64,000 nucleotides of DNA from assembly GCA_039802605.1 (NCBI GenBank), contig JBDRWW010000002.1, positions 96,001 through 160,000 on the forward strand. Reading direction: 5' to 3'. Positions 21,058-32,110 of the stretch are shown here, piece after piece; positions within the stretch are counted from its first letter, which is position 1, and each line of letters begins with the position of its first letter. Position numbers and translations under genes: made by a program. This stretch comes from a candidate division WOR-3 bacterium (GTDB lineage Bacteria; Hydrothermota; Hydrothermia; LBFQ01). The notes under the pieces are model-generated. The model saw nothing but the letters and a program-made list of their open reading frames with translations. It did no database searches and was not told the DNA's origin.

Positions 21058-22196
21058 ATTTTCCCCTTTATCTTATTTATCCATAAGCTCCTCAAAAGTG
21101 CCGCCCCGGGTACAGCCAATATAACGCCAAGGGCGCCAAAAAGGGAAGCACCGGCTATTAACGCTACTATAACCAAAACCGGGTGCAACCCCACGCTCTT
21201 TCCGATAATCCTCGGCGTTAAGATTAAGGTTTCAAGGAGTTGATCCAGGATTAACACCATTGCAAACTTTAAGAATGGAACTATCCCGGTTTCACTGATC
21301 AGTAGAATTACACTTCCCAGAAATACCGTCATGGCAAAGCCCACATTTGGTATCAAATTCATCAAACCCGCTATAAAACCAATAAGTATTCCGTATTTTA
21401 TTCCGAGGACTTGGAGGGATAAACCCACAAATACACCAACTATCGTGGCCACCGTTAATTGACCGCGAAAGTATTGGGATAGAATTGAGTAGGATTCCTC
21501 TATTATGGGCTTGAACCTCTCGGGTAATAGTCCCTCAATTTCGTTTGCTATCGCCTTTGTATCCTTTAAGGCATAAAAACCCATAACCAAACCTATAAGC
21601 GTGGAAAATACGAGTTCAATGGATGATGTTAAAAGGTTTTTCAGCGCCGGAATGTAATTGGTTATATCGTATTCGGAAATGCCTTTAAAAATTTCCGAGT
21701 ATGCATTTACCAAAAGGTTTATTAATTCTTCGTTTTTCACATAACTTCTTATAAAAACCTCAAACTCCTGTGGCTTCATGTAATATGCCTCAAAGGTTTT
21801 AAGGAGCTGGTATCCTTGATTATATACATTGTACGCCAACAAAAAGCCGGCGGTGGATATGAAGAGAAACATACCCAATATTATTACCAAAGAAGATAGC
21901 CAACGGGGGATTTTATACCTCTCCAAGAAAGATACCACGGGCAAAAATACAAACGCTATAACCAATGCCAAACCTATGGGCAAAAGAATATAGGAAACCA
22001 TGCGCAAAATTATTATAAGCAACAATCCGAGCGTTATTGAACCCATCAAACCATCCCTCCCGTGATAAAAGGAAACGGATGCTATGAGGAGTAGTATAAG
22101 GGAACCCCATTTCTCCCCAAATGCCAAATATATCCCAAGTATAAGCGATATATATCCCCCCACAAGGGCCAATTTTCTCAATGTATTATCTTTCAA
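21054..22196 (-). CDS. AI-2E family transporter
   Basis: YFRGQL, NLIPNVG, P.IIGKSVGLHP, GVILAVP. Confidence 0.88.
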   Translation of the reverse strand: MKDNTLRKLALVGGYISLILGIYLAFGEKWGSLILLLIASVSFYHGRDGLMGSITLGLLLIIILRMVSYILLPIGLALVIAFVFLPVVSFLERYKIPRWLSSLVIILGMFLFISTAGFLLAYNVYNQGYQLLKTFEAYYMKPQEFEVFIRSYVKNEELINLLVNAYSEIFKGISEYDITNYIPALKNLLTSSIELVFSTLIGLVMGFYALKDTKAIANEIEGLLPERFKPIIEESYSILSQYFRGQLTVATIVGVFVGLSLQVLGIKYGILIGFIAGLMNLIPNVGFAMTVFLGSVILLISETGIVPFLKFAMVLILDQLLETLILTPRIIGKSVGLHPVLVIVALIAGASLFGALGVILAVPGAALLRSLWINKIKGKI

Positions 22197-24190
22197 CTTA
22201 CCTCACTACCTTCCGGGACATCCCCTTCCGGTGTTATGAGTATTGGTTTTCCATCGCCATCGGTCGCGGCAAGAAGCATGCCATCGGATTCTATACCCCT
22301 TATTTTCTTCTTTTGTAGGTTTGATACCACTACGATTTTTTTCCCAACAACATCTTCCGGTCTATATTTTTCCGCTATACCAGCCACAATTGTTCTAACC
22401 TCCTTACCCAAATCAACTTTTAGTTTTAAGAGTTTATCCGCACCTTTAACCCTTTCCGCATCCAAAACCTTACCCACTACGAGTTTAACCTTTTTAAACT
22501 CCTCATAAGTAATCCTTTCATCCTTTTCTTCAACACCTGCAACCCTTTGATTTAGGATTTCAACCCAACCATCAATTACGCTTTTATCCACCTTTTTGTA
22601 CAAGGGTTGGCTTTTCTTTACGGTATTACCGGATAATTCGGGTGATATCCCCGTTAAATCGTCAAAATTCCCCGATATGTTCATATAATCCCACAAAATT
22701 TTAACGGATGAAGGGACATAGGGGTAAAACAAAGCGGATGCCACCTTTAAGCCCTGATATGCTACATACAGAACCGTTTTAGCCCTTTCGGGGTTCTCCT
22801 TTACGAGTTTCCAAGGTCTTTGGTGCTCAAAATATCTGTTGAGTTCGTTGCTAACCTCAACAGCATCCTTTAATGCCAAACGGAAGTTGAAGTTTATCAA
22901 ATTTTCCTCGTAAGATTTGACCTTCTCGGAAATGTAATTGAAAATCTGTTCATCTTCCGATAATATCTTGTCGGGGTGTGGAACGCTACCCGAAAAGTGT
23001 CCGTTTATAAATGTTAGAACCCTTTGGGCCAAATTGCCAAAACTATCAACCAATTCGGCGTTTGTGCGGTTAAAGGCGTCTATAACATTGAAATCGGAAT
23101 CATCCTTCTCCGGTATGTACAGGGCTATTGAATACCTCGCTATGTCTTGACCAACGGTTTTTGCCAACTCATCCGCCCATATGGCATATCCCCTGGATGT
23201 TGATAACTTTCTGCCCATAAGGTTTAAAAAGGCGTTTGCCGGAACATCCGATGGAAGATTGTATTCCCCGTGGGCCATCAACATCGCCGGCCATATTACC
23301 GTATGAAACACGATGTTGTCCTTCCCTATGAAGTGTATTATTTTCGTATCGGGGTTTTTCCAATAATCCTGCCATTTATCGGGTAAGAATTCCACCGTAG
23401 CGCTTATATAACCTATCGGGGCGTCAAACCAAACATACAAAACCTTCCCTTTGGCATCCGGGTCATCCAAGGGAACGGGGACTCCCCAATCCAAATCCCG
23501 GGTTATGGCCCTATCCTCCAATTCCTTAACCCATGAGAGCGCAAACTCCTTGACAAAGGGTTTCCAATTCCCTTTCCCATTTAACCATTCTTCAAGTTTA
23601 TCCTTCAAAAGTGAGAGCTTAAAAAACCAATGCACCGTTTCCCTCAACTCCAAATTAACACCGCTTATTGCGGATCTCGGGTTTATGAGTTGCGTGGGTT
23701 CCAATTGCCTCCCACATTTTTCACACTGATCCCCCCTTGCCTCTTCATACCCGCAATAGGGGCATTTACCCACTATATACCTATCGGGTAGGAATTTCCC
23801 CTCGGCCGGGCTATAAAACTGCTTCATCTTCCTTTTTTCCAAATATCCGTTTTTGTGAAGGGTTAGGAAAAACTCTTGGGAAACCTTGTAATGTATGGGG
23901 TTTGTTGTCCTTGAAAAGTGATCAAACTCTATTCCCATAAGCTTGAAATCGTTTTTTATCCTCTCGTGGTACTTATCAACCAGCTCCTTTGGCGCAACCC
24001 CCTCTTTGTAAGCCGCCAAAGTTATCGCAACCCCATGCTCATCCGTTCCGCAAATGTGTATGGCATCAAAACCCTTGAACTTTAAAAATCTCGTGTATAT
24101 ATCTGCCGGGAGGTATGCACCGGCCAAGTGCCCGATATGTATAGGCCCGTTTGCATAGGGCAAAGCACTCGTTATCAAGTACCTTTTCAC
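22193..24190 (-). CDS. metG: Methionine--tRNA ligase with C-terminal tRNA-binding domain
   Basis: ALPYANG..HIGH, Zn knuckle, YVWFDA, KLSTS, C-terminal OB fold. Confidence 0.97.
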   Translation of the reverse strand: MKRYLITSALPYANGPIHIGHLAGAYLPADIYTRFLKFKGFDAIHICGTDEHGVAITLAAYKEGVAPKELVDKYHERIKNDFKLMGIEFDHFSRTTNPIHYKVSQEFFLTLHKNGYLEKRKMKQFYSPAEGKFLPDRYIVGKCPYCGYEEARGDQCEKCGRQLEPTQLINPRSAISGVNLELRETVHWFFKLSLLKDKLEEWLNGKGNWKPFVKEFALSWVKELEDRAITRDLDWGVPVPLDDPDAKGKVLYVWFDAPIGYISATVEFLPDKWQDYWKNPDTKIIHFIGKDNIVFHTVIWPAMLMAHGEYNLPSDVPANAFLNLMGRKLSTSRGYAIWADELAKTVGQDIARYSIALYIPEKDDSDFNVIDAFNRTNAELVDSFGNLAQRVLTFINGHFSGSVPHPDKILSEDEQIFNYISEKVKSYEENLINFNFRLALKDAVEVSNELNRYFEHQRPWKLVKENPERAKTVLYVAYQGLKVASALFYPYVPSSVKILWDYMNISGNFDDLTGISPELSGNTVKKSQPLYKKVDKSVIDGWVEILNQRVAGVEEKDERITYEEFKKVKLVVGKVLDAERVKGADKLLKLKVDLGKEVRTIVAGIAEKYRPEDVVGKKIVVVSNLQKKKIRGIESDGMLLAATDGDGKPILITPEGDVPEGSEVS

Positions 24191-24198
24191 GAGTTGGT

Positions 24199-24233
24199 AT
24201 TTTACTACCGTTTGGTTTTTTCATTGGTATAAT
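24199..24233. promoter_or_regulatory. Back-to-back -10 boxes for metG (-) and M20 peptidase (+)
   Basis: TAAAAT on - (24199-24204) 8 nt from GTG; TATAAT on + (24228-24233) 8 nt from ATG. Confidence 0.6.
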
Positions 24234-24241
24234 ACACGCTT

Positions 24242-25333
24242 ATGGAGTCGCTTAAACAATTGTTAAAAAATCTAATACAGTTTAGGACAACGGCGGAAAA
24301 CCCGGAGCAACTTTTGGCGATAATAGATTATGTGGAAAAGTTTTTGGAATCGCCCAGCCTTGTAATGGAAAGGTATATGAGGAACGGGAAACCCTCTTTG
24401 GTGGTTAAGTTTTCAAAACATGCCAAGTCCAAACACTTTAAGGTGATATTTGCGGGGCATCTGGATGTGGTACCGGCAAGGGATGAGCAGTTCATACCCT
24501 TGGAGAAAGATGGAAAGATATTCGGTAGGGGTGCCCTTGATATGAAGGGGCCTTCCGCCGTTATGATAAAACTCTTTAAGGATTTGGCGGATATGGGTGA
24601 AGATAAAAACATAGCACTTATGCTAACTACGGATGAAGAGGTTGGAAGTTATGACGGTGTTAGGTATCTGGTGGAAGATGAGGGTTATACCTGCGATTTG
24701 GCCGTTATTCCGGATTCGGGGGAAAACTTCACCATTATAACGAATGAGAAGGGGGCATTCCATTTTGCGGTGGAGTTTAGGGGGAAACCGGCCCACGGTT
24801 CCATGCCTTGGCTTGGTGATAGCGCAATAGAAAAGGTTTTAAAGTTTTACGAAGATTTAAAAAGATTTATCCTTTACGAATCGGATGACCCCGAACACTG
24901 GCACAATACGGTTGTTATGGGTACTTTCAAAGGCGGAAATAAGGTGAATCAGATACCCCCTTATGCCCGTGCGGAGTTTGATTTAAGGTTTGTTTCACCC
25001 TTTACCCTTGACGAAATAAAGTATGGGGTTTCATATCTGGTTAAAAAGTACGGGGGAAAAATGGAGGTTCTGTCCGAAGGACATCCCTTCTCAACTGATA
25101 TAAACAACCCCTTGGTTAAAACCTTTATCAATAGTGTAAGGGAGGTTATAGGTGATGTAAAGTTTGGGAAGACGCACGGGGCGACGGATGGAAGGTTTTT
25201 TGCGGCAAAGGATATACCCGTTGTTATGATATATCCACAAGGAGGGGATATACACGGGGATAACGAGTGGGTTTCCTTTGATTCCCTAATAAAACTTTAC
25301 AAAATATTTGAAAATTTTGTCGGGAAGATTTGA
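24242..25333 (+). CDS. M20-family metallopeptidase (ArgE/DapE-like)
   Basis: GHLDVV, GRGALDMKG, DEE, H..NE. Confidence 0.9.
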   Translation: MESLKQLLKNLIQFRTTAENPEQLLAIIDYVEKFLESPSLVMERYMRNGKPSLVVKFSKHAKSKHFKVIFAGHLDVVPARDEQFIPLEKDGKIFGRGALDMKGPSAVMIKLFKDLADMGEDKNIALMLTTDEEVGSYDGVRYLVEDEGYTCDLAVIPDSGENFTIITNEKGAFHFAVEFRGKPAHGSMPWLGDSAIEKVLKFYEDLKRFILYESDDPEHWHNTVVMGTFKGGNKVNQIPPYARAEFDLRFVSPFTLDEIKYGVSYLVKKYGGKMEVLSEGHPFSTDINNPLVKTFINSVREVIGDVKFGKTHGATDGRFFAAKDIPVVMIYPQGGDIHGDNEWVSFDSLIKLYKIFENFVGKI

Positions 25334-25725
25334 TGGGAAAACCGATAGAGGTTAAGGAGGATGTAAGGTACGCGGACCTCGATACCTTGGGGCATGTAAA
25401 TAACGCCGTATATCTGTCGTATTTTGAGCACGCGAGGGTAAAGATGTTTGCGGAATACTACCAAAAATACGGTAATTTTCATTTCGTAATAGCGCACGCG
25501 GAAGTGGATTACATAAAACCCATATACTTGGAAACTATAACCATAAGGGCTTGGGTTAGCAGAATAGGTAAAACGAGTTTTACAATAGATTACGAGATTT
25601 ACAACGAAAAGGGGGAACTTTGCGCCCAAGGGAAAACCGTTCAGGTTGGATACGACCCGGAGAAGAAAACGAAAAGGGAAATAGAAGGGGAATTTTTAAG
25701 GTATATAGAGAGGTATTATGTTTGA
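25333..25725 (+). CDS. Acyl-CoA thioesterase (4HBT/YbgC family)
   Basis: VRYADLDTLGHVNNAVY. Confidence 0.9.
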   Translation: MGKPIEVKEDVRYADLDTLGHVNNAVYLSYFEHARVKMFAEYYQKYGNFHFVIAHAEVDYIKPIYLETITIRAWVSRIGKTSFTIDYEIYNEKGELCAQGKTVQVGYDPEKKTKREIEGEFLRYIERYYV

Positions 25726-26069
25726 TTACACTCGCAACTCCTCAAAACCATAACCTCAATATCTTCGGGAACAATGTCCGTGTTGGATCCCCTGCAAACC
25801 ACCAACATCTTTGAGACTATTTCCACCCCCTCTTCTTTTAGTTTTTCGGCAAATTCGTACAGCTTCTTTATATGTTCCTCGGTTATCTTGCAGTCGGGTA
25901 CAACCTCAACCACGGCCCTTTCAATAAAACCCTTTCTCCTCCTATCAACCACAAAATCCGGGTTGTTCTTCTCCCTATCAAGTTTTCTTATAATCCAGCC
26001 GTCATCGTAAGGATACCTTTTCCTCAAATTAGCCTTTACATAGGGATATAAATCAATAGCCCTGTGCAT
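25716..26069 (-). CDS. Hypothetical protein, possible PD-(D/E)xK restriction-endonuclease-like fold
   Basis: PDFVV...AVVEV; own -10 box. Confidence 0.5.
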   Translation of the reverse strand: MHRAIDLYPYVKANLRKRYPYDDGWIIRKLDREKNNPDFVVDRRRKGFIERAVVEVVPDCKITEEHIKKLYEFAEKLKEEGVEIVSKMLVVCRGSNTDIVPEDIEVMVLRSCECNQT

Positions 26070-26072
26070 AAA

Positions 26073-26098
26073 GTGGGAATTATACCCCCGTTTGATTT
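26073..26098 (-). promoter_or_regulatory. Second copy of the rplO 26-bp promoter
   Basis: Identical to 13105-13130; TATAAT 9 nt before ATG 26069. Confidence 0.65.
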
Positions 26099-26140
26099 TT
26101 GAGGTTGAAGGCTATGGTAATCACCTTTAAAATATCCGAT

Positions 26141-28423
26141 ATGCTCGGAATAATAGCCTTTGGCGATATGGAGTTTTTAGGGCCAGAGGGATTGGAGGAA
26201 AGGGCGAGGTTAAAGGGTGAATGGGTTAATGTGGGGAGCGTATTTTCGGCGAATATAAATTATTCAACAACCATTAGGTTTATAGGGCCAAAACCAATTT
26301 ATGGGGTGGGCTTTTCCGATGGCAAGGCTAGCGGTAGGGTATCTTTTGTTTTACCGCACCCTACGGATACGGCGGTTGCATATATATCTTCTGCGGGAGG
26401 GGGTGTTTGGAAAACCACGGATGGGGGAAACACATGGATACCCCTAACGGATAACCTACCGGTTTTAACGGGTGGGGCGTTGGCCTTTAACCCCTTAAAT
26501 ACAAATGTAATATGGTACGGCTCGGGTGAATTGCATTATTGTGCCGTATGTTTCCCGGGGGATGGCCTATTTAAATCAACGGATGGGGGTATAACCTGGG
26601 TAAAGGTTGCACCGGCAAATGTGGTGGGATATTACATATCCCGGATAATAGTTATGCCAAACGATACGAACACAATACTTGTCGCAAGTGATAGGGGTGT
26701 GGTTAAATCAACGGATGGGGGAAGCACTTGGGTGAACGTTTTCTCCGGCGATCATGCAAACGATTTGGTTTATAGGAGCGATAATCCGAATGTTCTCTTT
26801 GTGGCTACCCTGTATTCGGGTATTTATAAATCAACGGATGGGGGAAATACGTGGACGAGGATTACATCCCTACCAACCTATGGCTATTTTAGGGCGCAAA
26901 TTGGTATTTCCCCAAGCAACCCGGATGTCATATATGTTGGTTTTGGGGATTCAGATTATTCCTTGAAGGCCTTTTATAAATCGACCGATGGAGGTTTAAC
27001 ATGGGTGCAACTAACAAACACACCCAATTACTTGGGTTTTCAAGGGTTTTATAACCATACCATAGTTGTGCATCCCAACGATCCCAATGTTGTATTTGCC
27101 GGGGGGCAATACCCTTATAACTCCTCAACCTATGGTATAGTTAGGAGTACCGATGGCGGAAGCACATGGGAGGATATAACCAACAGGGGTTCAAGCGGCC
27201 ATGTACATCCGGATATACACCATATGGCCTTTGGTGCTGGAAATATTTTATGGGTTGCGTGTGATGGCGGTGTTTGGAAGAGTTATGATAACGGAAACTC
27301 TTGGGTAAATCTAAACGAGGACTTGGAATTAACGCAGTTTTATACGATTGATGCCCATCCATTGGATACCCTTTTGGTGGTTGGCGGTACCCAGGACAAC
27401 GGAACCCCGATGTTTTCCGGAAGCATAAATTGGGATGAGGTTTCCGGAGGAGATGGGGGTCCGGTGCTTTGGAGACCCGATAACCCCATATACTTTTATA
27501 CATCCCAAATTTACACAAATCCCCTTTACATGTTCAGATGGACGGGGAGTTCCGTTATCCTTGAAAGAATCGTAAATTCACCTTGGAGATTTGACAGGGT
27601 TTCTTGGGCCAACGGACCCTTAGAGGGTCACAGGAGTGGTCCCGTTATTATAGCGGGTTCTCATAGGTTGTGGAAATCAACGGACGGGGGAAATACATGG
27701 ACAGCCATCAGCGGGGATTTAACGGGTGGAAGCGGTTATTTACTCTCGGCGGCCTTTTCATATACAAGCACCGATACGATATATACGGGTTCAAATACGG
27801 GTAGGTTTTACTTCACACCCGATGGGGGAAACACATGGATCGCAAGAATTTTACCATCTACCGGATCTATAACGGACATATGGGTTAATCCGAATAACGG
27901 TTCCGAGGTTTATATAACTTTGAGGAGGACAAGCGGTCCAAGGGTTTTGCGCTCATCGGATGCCGGACAAACTTGGCAAGACATAAGTGGGGATTTACCA
28001 ACCGGAAGGAATGTTAGGGCATTGGCAATAGACTTCACGGTTAACCCTTACATTATTTTCGTTGGTACGGATGATGGGGTTTATTATACTTTGGATCAGG
28101 TTAATTATACAAAGGTCTTGGGATTGCCAAACGCCATAGTGTTTAACCTTGATGTTAATACCGTATATAACAAGTTATATGTTGCGACCCACGGGAGGGG
28201 TGTATGGATGATTGATTATTCATCCGTTGTTGAAATCGCGGAAGGTCATAAACGGGAGAAGGGTATAAATTACCTAAAAGGTGGAATAAGGAGCGATGGC
28301 TTTGTTGAGGTTTATGGGATAAACGGTCAAAGGGTTGCCAGCGGAAAGGGTTTTATCCCCTTAAAGAGGGGGATATACTTCGTTTTGCAAAAGGGTAAAT
28401 ACAAAAAGGTCTTGATTAAGTAA
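26141..28423 (+). CDS. Secreted BNR/Asp-box (VPS10/GH74-like) beta-propeller protein with T9SS-like C-terminal domain
   Basis: About 10 S/T-x-D-x-G-x-T/S-W repeats, GGTQDNG, ATHGRG; CTD ending L..GIYFV....KKVLIK; start moved to ATG 26141 after TAAAAT. Confidence 0.8.
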   Translation: MLGIIAFGDMEFLGPEGLEERARLKGEWVNVGSVFSANINYSTTIRFIGPKPIYGVGFSDGKASGRVSFVLPHPTDTAVAYISSAGGGVWKTTDGGNTWIPLTDNLPVLTGGALAFNPLNTNVIWYGSGELHYCAVCFPGDGLFKSTDGGITWVKVAPANVVGYYISRIIVMPNDTNTILVASDRGVVKSTDGGSTWVNVFSGDHANDLVYRSDNPNVLFVATLYSGIYKSTDGGNTWTRITSLPTYGYFRAQIGISPSNPDVIYVGFGDSDYSLKAFYKSTDGGLTWVQLTNTPNYLGFQGFYNHTIVVHPNDPNVVFAGGQYPYNSSTYGIVRSTDGGSTWEDITNRGSSGHVHPDIHHMAFGAGNILWVACDGGVWKSYDNGNSWVNLNEDLELTQFYTIDAHPLDTLLVVGGTQDNGTPMFSGSINWDEVSGGDGGPVLWRPDNPIYFYTSQIYTNPLYMFRWTGSSVILERIVNSPWRFDRVSWANGPLEGHRSGPVIIAGSHRLWKSTDGGNTWTAISGDLTGGSGYLLSAAFSYTSTDTIYTGSNTGRFYFTPDGGNTWIARILPSTGSITDIWVNPNNGSEVYITLRRTSGPRVLRSSDAGQTWQDISGDLPTGRNVRALAIDFTVNPYIIFVGTDDGVYYTLDQVNYTKVLGLPNAIVFNLDVNTVYNKLYVATHGRGVWMIDYSSVVEIAEGHKREKGINYLKGGIRSDGFVEVYGINGQRVASGKGFIPLKRGIYFVLQKGKYKKVLIK

Positions 28424-29383
<960 letters not shown>

Positions 29384-29547
29384 GGCCTATAAAATAGCCC
29401 CTAAATCTTACCCATTTCCTCTGATCCATAGTCCCCCATCATCCTAACAATTGGGTTCTCGTTCTTTGAGGGTAGTAGTTTTATTTAAGGCCGCCAACAT
29501 GCCTTTTGAAAGACTATAAAATTTTTGCCAACCTTAGAATACCCTTT

Positions 29548-30588
29548 ATGACTTCAAAGAAGGCTTTGGATATCCTAAGGGCAATAGAAATAAACGGAAA
29601 AAACCTCGTTAGTGGGGGCTTCTTGGGTAATTTGACCGTTGAAGGTGGAAGGGTTGAGGTAGTTTTAAACATACCCGAGGATATGGAGGATAAGGCTCTC
29701 GATTTGCAAGATAAAGTTAGGGATGAACTCCTAAAAGGGGGGTTCCAAGAAGTTGTTATAAAAACCAAATTGAAAAAAACTCCACCCCCACCAAAAGTTC
29801 AACCCCAAGCGCCCTTTAAAAAGGGCGAAATACCCGGGGTTAAAAATATTATTGCGGTTGCAAGTGGTAAAGGGGGGGTTGGAAAATCCACCTTTGCGGT
29901 GAATTTGGCGTACGCCTTTAAGAGACTCGGTTATAAAGTGGGTTTATTTGATGCGGATATTTACGGACCAACAATAACCGTTATGCTGGGTTTAAAGGAA
30001 GAGAGAATGAGGGTTGCACCAGACAAAAACAAGTTCCTACCCCCTGAAAGGTTTGGAGTTAAGGTGGTATCCTTCGGAATACTCGTAGATGAAAAAACCC
30101 CAATACTCTGGCGAGGGGCTATGTTTCACAAGGCTTACGAGGAACTTATGCTACAAACGGACTGGGGCGAATTGGACTTTTTGGTGGTTGATCTGCCACC
30201 CGGAACGGGTGATGCCCAGTTATCCTTGGCGCAATTATTTGATGTTAAGGGTGTGTTAATGATAACAACACCCCAATTGGTGGCCATTGCCGATGTTTTG
30301 AGGGCTATAAATGGGTTTGAAAAGTTAGAGGTAAAGGTTCTCGGCATTGTTGAAAACATGGCCTATTTCGTATGTCCGGATAGTGGGAAAAAGTATTACA
30401 TATTCGGGCAAGGGGGTGGTAAAAGGTTATCGGAAATAACGGGGGTACCATTGCTTGCAAGCATACCAATAGACGAATACATATCCACAAGCGGGGATAA
30501 CGGAATACCCGTTGTTGAAGCCTATCCCGACGCCCCGAGTTCAAAGTCCATTATTAAAGTTGCCGAAAGTATAATAAAGGGTTTATGA
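29548..30588 (+). CDS. Mrp/NBP35 (ApbC) Fe-S cluster carrier ATPase
   Basis: ASGKGGVGKST, DADIYGP, DLPPGTGD, VENM; start moved to ATG 29548 after TAGAAT. Confidence 0.93.
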   Translation: MTSKKALDILRAIEINGKNLVSGGFLGNLTVEGGRVEVVLNIPEDMEDKALDLQDKVRDELLKGGFQEVVIKTKLKKTPPPPKVQPQAPFKKGEIPGVKNIIAVASGKGGVGKSTFAVNLAYAFKRLGYKVGLFDADIYGPTITVMLGLKEERMRVAPDKNKFLPPERFGVKVVSFGILVDEKTPILWRGAMFHKAYEELMLQTDWGELDFLVVDLPPGTGDAQLSLAQLFDVKGVLMITTPQLVAIADVLRAINGFEKLEVKVLGIVENMAYFVCPDSGKKYYIFGQGGGKRLSEITGVPLLASIPIDEYISTSGDNGIPVVEAYPDAPSSKSIIKVAESIIKGL

Positions 30589-31310
30589 ATTCGGTTTTGA
30601 GGACGGAGAACCTCGTAAAGATTTACAAAAAAAGAAAGGTTGTTAACGGTGTTTCGGTATTTGTGAAGCAGGGGGAGATAGTGGGGCTTTTGGGGCCAAA
30701 CGGTGCCGGTAAAACTACAACATTTTATATGGTGGTTGGGGCCATAAAACCCAACGGTGGTAAGGTTTATTTGGACGGAAAGGATATTACGAAATTACCC
30801 ATGTTTAAGCGCGCCCGCTTGGGGATAGGATATTTGCCGCAGGAACCTTCCGTATTCAGGTACCTATCCGTTTGGGATAATATATACGGCGTTCTTGAAA
30901 TGAGGGGTGTTAAGAGAAGTGAAGCAAAAAGGAAAACGGAAGAGGTTATAGAATTGTTAAATTTAAAAAAAGTGGTGAAGAGTTTGGGAATCCAACTTTC
31001 TGGTGGGGAAAGGAGGAGGGTTGAGGTTGCAAGGGCAATTGTTTTAAATCCCAAATTCCTGCTCCTTGACGAACCCTTTGCCGCCGTTGATCCGAAAACA
31101 AGGGAAGAAATACAAGAAATCGTATTAAAGTTGAAGAACATGGGTATAGGTGTAATAATAACGGACCACAATGTAAGGGAGACATTGGAAATTACCGACA
31201 GGGCTTATATAATTTACGATGGGAAAATATTGCTTGAAGGTTCAACACAGGATTTGATAAACGACCCGAAGGCAAGGGAGATATATCTCGGAGAAAAGTT
31301 TAGGATGTAA
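30585..31310 (+). CDS. lptB: LPS export ABC transporter ATP-binding protein
   Basis: GLLGPNGAGKTTTF, GYLPQE, LSGGERRRVE, ITDHNVRETL, YLGE.F. Confidence 0.93.
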   Translation: MNSVLRTENLVKIYKKRKVVNGVSVFVKQGEIVGLLGPNGAGKTTTFYMVVGAIKPNGGKVYLDGKDITKLPMFKRARLGIGYLPQEPSVFRYLSVWDNIYGVLEMRGVKRSEAKRKTEEVIELLNLKKVVKSLGIQLSGGERRRVEVARAIVLNPKFLLLDEPFAAVDPKTREEIQEIVLKLKNMGIGVIITDHNVRETLEITDRAYIIYDGKILLEGSTQDLINDPKAREIYLGEKFRM

Positions 31311-31354
31311 GGATTTTTAGCCAAAAAATTCTTCGGGCTTAAAATTCCACACCT

Positions 31355-32089
31355 ATGGTATCCATCATTTCCTTTTTTGTCCATCCCGAAACCGCGTTAT
31401 GGGTTGGAGATAAAATATTCGTAAGCGATATAGGTGAGTTTAATAAGAGGGACGGAAAGGTTTATGTTAGGATTGGAAGTAATTGGGAGGTATATGCATC
31501 GTATTTAAATGACCCTAAGGGTTTGGCACACTGCAAGGGAGTATTGTATGTGGCAGATGTTGATAGGATATGGGCCATAAAAGACAAATCGGCCGTTTTC
31601 CTTTTTGTGGGTCCGAAGGATTTCAAGGCGGAATTTTTAAACGGCATAACCTGCCGCAGAGGCGAAAAACTTTATGTTAGCGACACATATGGGAATGCGA
31701 TTTACGAGGTTGATATAAGCACAAAAACCGTGAAAAAGGTTTTGGAAGTTGAAAAACCCAACGGCCTAGCCCTTGACATCTCCGGAAACCTGTATATAAT
31801 AACATTCACAAAACCCGGAATGATTTTAAGGTGGGATGGCAACAAAATTGATACGCTCCTTGTAAGCGAGGATATAAACGGGGGGGATGGAATAGTTTAT
31901 GACGAAGATAGTAGAGCCATAATAGCATCGGGGTTTGAATCCGGTAAGGTTATCCAATTAACACCGGACGGTAAGTACGAGGTTATAGCAAAGGATTTGA
32001 AAACGCCCGCAGGCATAGGCTTTGATGGGAAAACCCTTTATATTCCCTTGCTTGAAAGCGGTAAGGTTATAACCAAAAGAATACGATAA
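31355..32089 (+). CDS. SMP-30/gluconolactonase-like beta-propeller protein
   Basis: PE, DPKGL, FLNGI, PNGL, DGI repeats. Confidence 0.7.
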   Translation: MVSIISFFVHPETALWVGDKIFVSDIGEFNKRDGKVYVRIGSNWEVYASYLNDPKGLAHCKGVLYVADVDRIWAIKDKSAVFLFVGPKDFKAEFLNGITCRRGEKLYVSDTYGNAIYEVDISTKTVKKVLEVEKPNGLALDISGNLYIITFTKPGMILRWDGNKIDTLLVSEDINGGDGIVYDEDSRAIIASGFESGKVIQLTPDGKYEVIAKDLKTPAGIGFDGKTLYIPLLESGKVITKRIR

Positions 32090-32102
32090 ACGGGGGTATA
32101 AT
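32088..32102 (+). promoter_or_regulatory. AAACGGGGGTATAAT promoter upstream of nuoM
   Basis: Same 15-mer as in the rplO and 26069 promoters; 8 nt before ATG. Confidence 0.6.
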
Positions 32103-32110
32103 ACCCGCTT

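Noticed and set aside
26400..27980. Recurring AAATCAACGGATGGGG-like DNA repeats
   Set aside because: They encode Asp-box (STDGG.TW) repeats within a CDS; irregular spacing and degenerate copies, so not a CRISPR array
29384..29534. 150-nt intergenic gap: possible sRNA or gene remnant
   Set aside because: Only very short ORFs and no convincing structure or family motif
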